Made by a program: the position numbers and the translations under genes. From assembly GCA_025462785.1 (NCBI GenBank), contig JAOAPG010000327.1, positions 1 through 49,793 of the forward strand: a stretch of DNA of 49,793 nucleotides, written 5' to 3'. The stretch comes from Acidobacteriaceae bacterium. Its GTDB lineage: Bacteria; Acidobacteriota; Terriglobia; Terriglobales; Acidobacteriaceae. The notes below the pieces were generated by a model. It did no database searches, was not told where the DNA came from, and saw only the letters and a program-made list of their open reading frames with translations. Shown piece by piece: positions 1 to 8,051 of the stretch. Within the stretch, counting starts at the first letter, position 1; each line of letters starts with the position of its first letter.

Positions 1-1
1 A

Positions 2-283
2 GCCTACGAGGCCGGATGGCGAACTGGGTTCCGAGACGAGACGAGCGCAGCTGAGATTGAGCAATTGTCCCGATCCATCCCGTCCATTGTTGAGAGCTTC
101 CGGTCTGCGGGATTTTCGTGTCTCCACACTCTTTCATGCGCTTTTGACAACCCGGAACGTCCAATATTTGATCGCGCCGGAAAGGGACACCAATTCGAAA
201 CGCTACGTGAAAGGCCGGCAATTTTTCTTTGCCATTTCAAACGAACCTCGACCACCAGCACCAGCGTTGAGGAAATAGGATGA
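2..283 (+). CDS. possible 3' end of a CDS that starts upstream of the window (function unknown)
   Basis: Frame 2 is open from the window edge to TGA at 281-283 (AYEAGWRTGF...TSVEEIG). No family recognised. Overlapping alternative ORFs exist on both strands. Confidence 0.3.
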   Translation, partial: AYEAGWRTGFRDETSAAEIEQLSRSIPSIVESFRSAGFSCLHTLSCAFDNPERPIFDRAGKGHQFETLRERPAIFLCHFKRTSTTSTSVEEIG

Positions 284-508
284 ATGCCTGCGAGGAATTG
301 TCGATGCCCGCTCTCTAAGCTAGCAATATAACGGGTTGTGAGCTGATGCGCCCGGATGCTGGGAGATTACAAAACGTTGACAAGGCCGTGACGAATCATG
401 GATTCGCCAAGGTTAATGTAGAAGACAGGATCTTCTTGGTAAAAAACGCGCTCCAGGAAAGCGAAATTAGAGAAGTGAAATGCGCCAGCATATGAGTGGG
501 AACAATTC

Positions 509-886
509 ATGAAACGTAAAACAATATGGGTACGATTACTGCCATTGGTGCTACTTGCTGGAACGGGGTGGACCATGCCCCCACGAGATACTCCAGGATC
601 CCAGGTATTTACCGGCGAAGTCATGGACACCATCTGTGCACGTTACAAGGGGCATCAACACATGATGGAAGAACTGAAAAGTATGGGTGACACAAAACAG
701 AGCTGCATCAAGCATTGCATTGAGCAGCTTGGAGCCAGCTATGTTTTGTACGACGCTGGGAAACAAGCTACTTACGAAATAGCAAATCAGGACAAGATTA
801 CTCCCTTTGCAGGGAAACTAGTGCGGGTCACTGGGCCGCAGCAAAAGACAAAAATCAATGTCACCAGTGTCCAGACGGCGGATTGA
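509..886 (+). CDS. hypothetical secreted protein (signal-peptide-like N-terminus, 4 Cys)
   Basis: N-terminus is MKRKTIWVRLLPLVLLAGTGW (basic then hydrophobic). Its stop abuts the next start directly (TGA-ATG at 884-889), which suggests co-transcription. Confidence 0.6.
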   Translation: MKRKTIWVRLLPLVLLAGTGWTMPPRDTPGSQVFTGEVMDTICARYKGHQHMMEELKSMGDTKQSCIKHCIEQLGASYVLYDAGKQATYEIANQDKITPFAGKLVRVTGPQQKTKINVTSVQTAD

Positions 887-1918
887 ATGTTCCAAGAGCA
901 AACGAGAAAACACGGCATCCGCAAAGTTGTGATCGCAGCACCTCTTCCCTTGGAAGCCCATTTCAAGGTGGCTGGTACAACCTGGCTAATCGGAACAAAC
1001 TCCCCTGCAATACTCCGAGCCGCCGAACAGATATTTGAATTCGTCGATGGAAAAGGACTTGCGCCGGATCTGTCGCTTCGCCTTACTGTAAATTTTGATT
1101 TGGCAGATAAGCGACCTTGGCCCAAGCCCCACTTTCGTGGGATGAATCATTTGATCTATGCCTCGTACAGTTCCGGTAACACAATGCTAATCGATCTCCT
1201 GCATCGATCTGTGATTGGGTCAATTTCACCGGACATGGCGCAAGATGCCCAATATTGGAAGTACGTGCTGCTCCCTGTCCTCGTGGGAAGTTGCAGCGCA
1301 GCCATCGGAATAACTCCTCTTCATTGTGCGTGTCTGGTCAAGAACCGAGTTGGACTCCTCCTGGGCGGGGAGTCCGGAGCCGGCAAGTCTACGCTCGCGT
1401 TATCGCTTGCATTAAAGGGATTTGCCTTTCTTTCGGACGATTGGACCTACTTCAAACGATCAACTTCTGGCGTCACGGCGTGGGGCCTGCCAACGGTTGT
1501 GAAGTTACTTCCTGACGCTGTTAAATACTTTCCTAAATTAGCGTCGGTAGAACCACATACTTCATTAAATGGAGAACTGGCCTTCGAGGTGGATCCGGTC
1601 AGCCGTTTCGGCGTCAGGCAATCCCGATATTGCGAAGTGGGGAAAATAGTGTTCCTTGAAAGAACGGGAGGAACTGACAAGATTGCCTTTAGACGCATCA
1701 GTTCTGATGAAGCATTCACTCGCTTTGTAATTGACCTTGAAACACTACCTGGCTGCATTTCTTCCATGCGGACATGTCAATTGGAGACAGTGAAGAATAT
1801 TGTGAGCCGAGAGTGTTGGGTCCTGCGCCATGGCGACTCCCCTGATTCGGTAGCGCGGGAAATCGAGCGGTTCTCTAACGTTTCGGCAGGTCCAGCCGGA
1901 ATCCAGGAAGTTTACTGA
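887..1918 (+). CDS. HprK-related P-loop kinase-like protein
   Basis: GGESGAGKSTLALSLALKGFAFLSDDW matches the HPr kinase/phosphorylase Walker A (GxSGxGKSxxALxL...DD) pattern. 343 aa, with no gap to the upstream ORF. Confidence 0.75.
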   Translation: MFQEQTRKHGIRKVVIAAPLPLEAHFKVAGTTWLIGTNSPAILRAAEQIFEFVDGKGLAPDLSLRLTVNFDLADKRPWPKPHFRGMNHLIYASYSSGNTMLIDLLHRSVIGSISPDMAQDAQYWKYVLLPVLVGSCSAAIGITPLHCACLVKNRVGLLLGGESGAGKSTLALSLALKGFAFLSDDWTYFKRSTSGVTAWGLPTVVKLLPDAVKYFPKLASVEPHTSLNGELAFEVDPVSRFGVRQSRYCEVGKIVFLERTGGTDKIAFRRISSDEAFTRFVIDLETLPGCISSMRTCQLETVKNIVSRECWVLRHGDSPDSVAREIERFSNVSAGPAGIQEVY

Positions 1919-1931
1919 GCACGAGGTCCGA

Positions 1932-2345
1932 ATGATCGTTGACTTACTGAAAAGATTTACCCCCACTCCGATAAAAACAACGGTTCTGCTCCACGGCATT
2001 CCTGTCCGACTAGAAACTAATTGTGCTGCCATTAACTCCCAATTACTCGAAGCACTCGCTCTTAAGCCGGTTACTGATTCGGGTTCTCTCTGTTTCGTTT
2101 GGAAAATTGTGGCTGAACCGTCTGAATTTGAGGAACTCGAAACCGAATCCCTCGAGGCGCACACATTAACCCATTTGGGTTTGCGGCTTGTTCAAATAGG
2201 CCGCCAGACTTTCTTAGCATGCGATCCCGCCGTCCGCGAGGGGATTTCGTTTGTATCTGCGGATTTAGCGAATGATCAGCCAAGATTTCATCGTCACTTC
2301 GCACCTGCTCTGCTTTCACTGATGGAACAAGCGGAGGTGCAGTGA
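1932..2345 (+). CDS. hypothetical protein (no P-loop; resembles the N-terminal region of the adjacent kinase)
   Basis: ATG is preceded by GAGG about 9 nt upstream. Its stop overlaps the next start (GTGA). Similarity to residues about 25-130 of the 887..1918 product was judged by eye only. Confidence 0.55.
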   Translation: MIVDLLKRFTPTPIKTTVLLHGIPVRLETNCAAINSQLLEALALKPVTDSGSLCFVWKIVAEPSEFEELETESLEAHTLTHLGLRLVQIGRQTFLACDPAVREGISFVSADLANDQPRFHRHFAPALLSLMEQAEVQ

Positions 2346-3619
2346 ACCGAGCACTGGCTCAAACCGTTGTTGCCTGTCTGGGCTTTTCTGGTGAGAAGTC
2401 GATTCAGTTTGAAAAACTTCGACGCTTTAGTTCGCGCGACTGGAAGCGGACTCTTGGTTGGCTGGACGCATCGGGCTTAGCGCTCTACTTTCTACAAGAG
2501 GTCGATAATTGCAACGCTAGGGCCGTAGTTCCGACCGAAATCTTGGTATGGCTCGATAAACATCTCGCGAGCAATCGGAAGCGTGTCGTGCAATTGGCGG
2601 GTGACATTGCAGAAATCAACCAGAGGTTTGGTCAAGCTCATATCAAATACGCGATCATTAAAGGTTTTTCCTTGGTGCCTCTTTTCTGCAGTGATATTGC
2701 GCTTCGGGTTCTGTCTGATGTTGACTATTTAATTGATGAGGAGTCGCGCGATAGAGCAAGAGATGCGCTGGTCGAAGTTGGATACAAATTAGGGGACGAA
2801 GGCAGTATCGAAAGTAGATTTGAAAAACCGCAAATGCGAATTGCAACGCGGTCTGACAATTCGTATGCGGTACGAACGAAGGTGGGAATCGAATTGCATA
2901 CCGCGATATGGAGTTTCGAACTAATTCACATCCCGTTCGCAGAGCCGAAGTTCTCGCTCGATCGCCCTCACACTCAACACTGGCGAGATCTCGCATTCCC
3001 GGTTCTGAACGATCTAGAGATTTTTGTTCTTCAACTGGTTCACGCCTTTCATCATGTCTTGGAGGGCTGGGTAAAGATGTCGTGGTTGTTTGAGATCGGA
3101 TACTTCCTCAAGCAACAGGAGTCCAACGAGTCATTTTGGAACACTCTTGAGCAATATGCAGCAAGCATGCCTCAATTTCGCGAATTTTGCGCAATCGTGA
3201 TCCGTTTGGCGAGCAATATCTTTGGCTGTACCGTTCCGCTTGTTGTCGAAAAGTGGATCGCAGAGATGCATCCAGCTGCTAAACTGTGGATAAACAAATA
3301 CGGTAGAGCGTGGGCATTTGAAAACCATCCTTATCAGGAGTTAAGCCTTCTGTCTGCGAGCAAACTAGTTCTATTTCTGCACGAGCTGTATGCTCCTGAT
3401 GCGGAAACTCGAAAGCGGATCAGAGATCTTCGATTGTTCCCATGGAAGCGCCCCCCGAGTGTTGCCGCGCCCATCAAAGGAAAGCCCGCGACGACCCTTC
3501 AGGCTCGATTTCTTCAATCGGAGCACGTAGTGAGGAGGCTAATTTTCCACGCTACGACGGGGTCCAGGTATCTGTGGGAACTCCCCCGCTGGCGAATGCT
3601 TAATCGTCAAGCAGAATGA
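2342..3619 (+). CDS. nucleotidyltransferase family protein (PF14907 / NTP_transf_5-like)
   Basis: GTG start with GGAGG at 2333-2337. The IIKGFSLVP...LRVLSDVDYLIDEE motif (hKG...R..SDxDhLh) is typical of the uncharacterised nucleotidyltransferase family. 425 aa. Confidence 0.7.
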   Translation: MNRALAQTVVACLGFSGEKSIQFEKLRRFSSRDWKRTLGWLDASGLALYFLQEVDNCNARAVVPTEILVWLDKHLASNRKRVVQLAGDIAEINQRFGQAHIKYAIIKGFSLVPLFCSDIALRVLSDVDYLIDEESRDRARDALVEVGYKLGDEGSIESRFEKPQMRIATRSDNSYAVRTKVGIELHTAIWSFELIHIPFAEPKFSLDRPHTQHWRDLAFPVLNDLEIFVLQLVHAFHHVLEGWVKMSWLFEIGYFLKQQESNESFWNTLEQYAASMPQFREFCAIVIRLASNIFGCTVPLVVEKWIAEMHPAAKLWINKYGRAWAFENHPYQELSLLSASKLVLFLHELYAPDAETRKRIRDLRLFPWKRPPSVAAPIKGKPATTLQARFLQSEHVVRRLIFHATTGSRYLWELPRWRMLNRQAE

Positions 3620-3712
3620 GAGTGTCACGATGGGCACGACTTCCCCGGTGGGCGGGGTTAGCGCCATCTACTGAACCGCTCAGTACGCAGCCAGGTATTT
3701 TGTCGTCCGAAG

Positions 3713-4429
3713 TTAGCGGGAGAATTTGTACCCGATCCGGCGCACCGTTCGGAAGTGGGCAGGATGGTGTGGATCGTTTTCCAGCTTCTGTCGGAGTTTC
3801 AAAATGTGATTGTCGATTGTGCGAGTGGGCGTGAAGCCGTGTTCGTAGCCACAAACTTCCTTTAACAACTCCGAGCGTGTGATGACACGGTTGGGATTCT
3901 GAACCAAGAATCGCAAAGTCTTAAACTCATGAGATGTCAAGACGACTGAAGTTCCATTTCGAGTCACCTCCACTTTCTCCAAATCGACCATAATGCCATC
4001 GAAGGTGACTTCATTTCCCCTGTACTTTCGTTGGCTATGACGCAAAGCCACTCTCAGCCGCGCCAGCAATTCCCGTTGATTGAATGGTTTGGTGACGTAG
4101 TCATCCGCACCTTTGTCCAGCAATAGGATTTTTTGGTGAAGGCTACTCGAGGCGCTTAGGATAATGAGCGGAATCGAAGGTGATGCGGCTTTCATTTCTT
4201 CACACAAATGTTGTTTTGACAGCTTCGGTAGGTGTAAATCCAGAAACGTTGCGGCCGGCGGATTGGAATAAAAACTAGCGAGTCCCGCTCGCTTTTCTGA
4301 CCGAGTCTCGACGGCAAAGCCCTCAACCTCAAAAAGTCGCTTTAAAGTCTTTCGAACTGAAGGATCATCTGCCACGACAAGAATTCTGTCCTGCAGCTTC
4401 CTCCATGCGGGCTCATACATTGTGTTCAC
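3713..4429 (-). CDS. OmpR/PhoB-family response regulator
   Basis: Receiver domain (RILVVADD...FLDLHLPK...KPF) plus a winged-helix C-terminus (LTSHEFKTLRFL...RTVRRIGYKF). No cognate kinase is adjacent. Confidence 0.9.
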   Translation of the reverse strand: MNTMYEPAWRKLQDRILVVADDPSVRKTLKRLFEVEGFAVETRSEKRAGLASFYSNPPAATFLDLHLPKLSKQHLCEEMKAASPSIPLIILSASSSLHQKILLLDKGADDYVTKPFNQRELLARLRVALRHSQRKYRGNEVTFDGIMVDLEKVEVTRNGTSVVLTSHEFKTLRFLVQNPNRVITRSELLKEVCGYEHGFTPTRTIDNHILKLRQKLENDPHHPAHFRTVRRIGYKFSR

Positions 4430-5874
4430 CGGACGACAGAAGCCAAACTTATTGAGGCTACACGTCTATGGAAGAAATCCGGACTTTCATCCTGAAGGTA
4501 ATCAGGCTGTTGGCCACGCGTAACACTAACCGAGTACCTGATTACACGTCGGCATCCTCACTCTGCCAGACAATGTTGGATCGGTTTCCGCCAGGGATTG
4601 TCAGGCAATTGTCAAAACTTTGCACCTTCGCAAATCGTCGATTGGCAACACGAAGCAGTTCGCGCGTTGCTCTACTTGGACATGTCTGCGGCGGCTCTGG
4701 TAGCCGCCTGCGGTGATTTTGCTTTACCTGGGTCGCCAAACATATCACCACTGAGTCCTAAGTGTCTTATCGACCTACATGCGCAAGGGCCGGGCGCCCG
4801 CGCATTCGCAATGTGAGCAGCCCAGAACATTTCCAATCGAGGCTCGTTTACTGCGCTGAGCAAATGGGAGTTCTTGGTCTGTGCTTTAACTGCGTAATTG
4901 GGTCCACAGTGACGATAAGCTGACGGAAGCACCCGCACAATACACATACCTCCTAAGCTCGCAACCGTGAAGCTTTCGGATTTCGGCGTGCGCACGTGCG
5001 TAAATTGTTGGGCCGCTCTTCTTTTGGGAATCACTCCTCTATTCTCGGCAAAGATTGGAAACGGACTTGCTACTCGTCGAGTGGGAATTGTCGTCATTAA
5101 CGCCGTGGTTGGCCCTGCCGAGATTGGCTTCTGCTCGATATATCACCCACCCTGGCGGAGCAGAACAATGCCCGTTCGATGCCTTCGCCAATGCGACGCG
5201 CAGCTGATGCGTTTAGGAGCATCCAAGTGGGAGGTTGTCGCTAGCGGCGGAGATCCTCAAGAGCTCGTGTAGCGAAAGCTTGCCTTCACATCTGTCTGAA
5301 GTTTACGGCAAACACGAAGCAGTCCGTTTCAGGAGCGTTCCCGGGTGGCGCGTTGCACTTCATCCGCAAGCGACAACTCCGGTATTCACCGTGGTTGGAC
5401 AAAAGTCACACATTATGTGGATTGTGCAGGCGTACCGCTGTCGAGGTTCCCCCATAAGGTCACTGCTTAGGGCGTGTCGGCTAGGTTGTGATAACGCATC
5501 TGGCGACGATTTCAACGAGCATAAGCCAAATCCGCTCCGCATGGACTCATTTAGCGGATGTTTGACTTGGCTAGTGTGTAGAGTTCTTCCGGCTTCGTTA
5601 TCCGGGCCCTGTTTCAATCAACTGATCCTGACCTATCCCGGAAGTCGGACGAAAGCCTGCAACCCGCGTGCGAGCAACTCCTACAAGCTCTGTCCAACTC
5701 TCAGGTCGCTCTCTCGGTGAATTGTCCTCCACCGTTACAGGTGACTAGTCTAAGAATTGCTACTGTGCAGCTTCGCGATGCAAAAGGCCAAACAAGCTGT
5801 GGCCTGAGTTTTAGCCAAGATAAAGAGAGCCCGCACGAGAGTAGCAACCGACTCTACAGAAGGAATTACGCATC

Positions 5875-6540
5875 ATGGCAACCGCAACGTTGATTCGAAC
5901 CGATGAAGAAATTCAAAGAGATGTATTAGCCGAATTGAAGTGGGACGCGCAAGTACAACCGAACGAGATCGGCGTGTCGGTGAAGGACGGCGTAGTCATA
6001 CTCACCGGATGGGTTGATTCCTTTCTGAAGAAATGGGCTGCGGAAGAAGCTGCGCATCGTGTTCCAGGGGTCAAGGCTGTCGCCAATGACATCGAGGTTC
6101 GTTTGCCTAGCGAACGTACCGACGCGGACATAGCGGCGGCAGCTATTCGTGCGCTCGAATGGGACGCTGGAATTCCGTCTGACAAAATTGAAGTTACGGT
6201 CTCTAAGGGATGGGTAACCCTTAAGGGAGAGGTTGAGTGGCAGTACCAGAAAGAGGACGCCGAGCGCGTTCTGCGCCGCCTATCTGGGGTTAAGGGAGTC
6301 ACGAACCTGATCGTTGTCAAACCTCGCACCACGGCTTCGGAACTAAAGAAGAAGATTGAGGAGGCGCTCGTACGGAACGCGCAGATTGATGCGAGCCGGA
6401 TTTCAGTCGAAGTACAGGGCACAAAGGCGATTTTGAAAGGAACCGTACGTTCCTGGGCTGAAAAGGAAGAGGCGGAACGTGTTGCCTGGCTGGCGCCCGG
6501 AATCACTTCCGTGGAAAACCGCATCACGCTTGAGATCTAA
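5875..6540 (+). CDS. BON domain-containing (OsmY-like) protein, three BON repeats
   Basis: Three repeats end in VKAVANDIEV, VKGVTNLIVV and ITSVENRITLE. AGGA lies upstream of the ATG. Confidence 0.85.
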   Translation: MATATLIRTDEEIQRDVLAELKWDAQVQPNEIGVSVKDGVVILTGWVDSFLKKWAAEEAAHRVPGVKAVANDIEVRLPSERTDADIAAAAIRALEWDAGIPSDKIEVTVSKGWVTLKGEVEWQYQKEDAERVLRRLSGVKGVTNLIVVKPRTTASELKKKIEEALVRNAQIDASRISVEVQGTKAILKGTVRSWAEKEEAERVAWLAPGITSVENRITLEI

Positions 6541-6616
6541 AGACTGAGGCTGAAACTCAGCTGGTCTTCGGATCGTTTCCTGGAAGACTCATTCAGCCAG
6601 TGTCTTGCAGGAAATC

Positions 6617-7182
6617 ATGAGTACCCCGGACAAAGGCATTCCCGAGGAGGTCATTAAGCACGCGAAGTGCATTGCTGTGATTCCACATGAGATAAGGGCG
6701 GGCTCATAGTTGGAGCCGAACACGGCAAAGGGGTAGCGACCTGCAGGACAGCGAGTGGCTGGAGCGCTCCTGCATTTTTCACAATTACGGGCGGCAGTTG
6801 GGGCGCACAGACCGGACTGAAAGGAGTCGATAACATACTGATGATCATGACTCAAAAAGGAATGGATCATCTACTATCCAACAAATTTCAAATCGGCGCT
6901 GAAGCCTCGGCAGCCGCTGGACCTGTCGGACGGCACGCAGCGGCGGGGACTGACTGGAAGCTGGAAACCGAGATCTTAAGTTATTCCCGGTCTAAGGGTG
7001 CGTTCGCCGGCGCCACGCTTGACGGCGCATACGTACGCCCTGACGCTGAATCTATCAAAGCAATTTATGGACGCGATTTAAGCACACGCGCCATCATTAC
7101 AGGAAAGGTGCCTCCTCCTCCGGCCGCAAAAGTCTTTCTTGATGCGGTACGAAGAGCAGAGACTCAGGCGCGCCAGTCATAG
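6617..7182 (+). pseudogene. SYLF (Ysc84/DUF500) lipid-binding domain gene, frameshifted and lacking a signal peptide
   Basis: Frame 2 reads (ASVLQEI)MSTPDKGIPEEVIKHAKCIAVIPHEIRAGS then TAG at 6707. Frame 1 continues LIVGAEHGKGVATCRTASGWSAPAFFTITGGSWGAQTG...GAEASAAAGPVGR...ILSYSRSKGAFAG. One extra T at about 6704 (GGC TTC ATA GTT) would restore a single frame. Confidence 0.6.
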
Positions 7183-7244
7183 TTTTCGATACGCGAGTCG
7201 CTGGACGCATTTTCAATTTCAAGCGATTCACAATGGAGGAGTGT

Positions 7245-7817
7245 ATGACAATCTCAGTGAATACGAAGAGTGGTCGATGGTTGGTAACTTCTGTTTTCAT
7301 GGCAGTATTGCTTCTTTTTTCAACGCTTTTGGCCAAACCTGCACTTGCGGTTCAAAGCGATGAAAATCCGCAAGTTACCCAGCTTCTCGAGGACGCGAGG
7401 GGGCAAGCAGCCGTCCTAAGCAAGGATGCGGACGAGATGGAAGCGTTAACGCGCTCCGATGTGAGCTGGCAGAGTCACGCGTATATGCTGGATAAAATAA
7501 AAGAGGACGTGAATAATTTGGGCCGCACTGCTGAGAAACTTCAAGCGGCACGTGATTCCGCTTCGCCGTGGCAGCAGCAAGCGATCGACCGCATGATGCC
7601 TCTCCTTAAAGATTTGGCCGCAAACACAACAGCAGCGATCAATCACTTAAGGGAGAATCAGATAAGGCCAGCCACAGGGTCCTACACCGAATATCTAAAA
7701 GAAAATACCGAAACAGCTCACGAATTGTCGAACATGATCTCGTCTTTCGTGCAGTACGGAGAGGAAAGAGCAAAGCTCGAGAAGCTCGAGCAGAAACTCG
7801 AGATCGCAAGCAAATAA
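7245..7817 (+). CDS. hypothetical secreted, probably coiled-coil protein
   Basis: The second ATG (7245) is preceded by GGAGGAG. Signal-like segment WLVTSVFMAVLLLFSTLLAKPALA. The rest of the sequence is helical and charged. Confidence 0.6.
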   Translation: MTISVNTKSGRWLVTSVFMAVLLLFSTLLAKPALAVQSDENPQVTQLLEDARGQAAVLSKDADEMEALTRSDVSWQSHAYMLDKIKEDVNNLGRTAEKLQAARDSASPWQQQAIDRMMPLLKDLAANTTAAINHLRENQIRPATGSYTEYLKENTETAHELSNMISSFVQYGEERAKLEKLEQKLEIASK

Positions 7818-8051
7818 TTAAATAGATTTTACGCGTAGGCCTTGGTAGAGGTTTGCAAATTGAGGTAACGAAGTTCGCCTCAATGTGACACAGGAGCTGC
7901 ACGTCTGTGATCCTACGTTTCTAGTTGTACTCGCTTTCTTTACCTAAGGTGGATGCTGCTGTAGCCATGCCTTTCAAGCCTTTGTTCACTCGGACGATGA
8001 ATTGTTAACGCTCATCGAGTCACATAGGATGCATTCACTGGAGAGTGGCAA

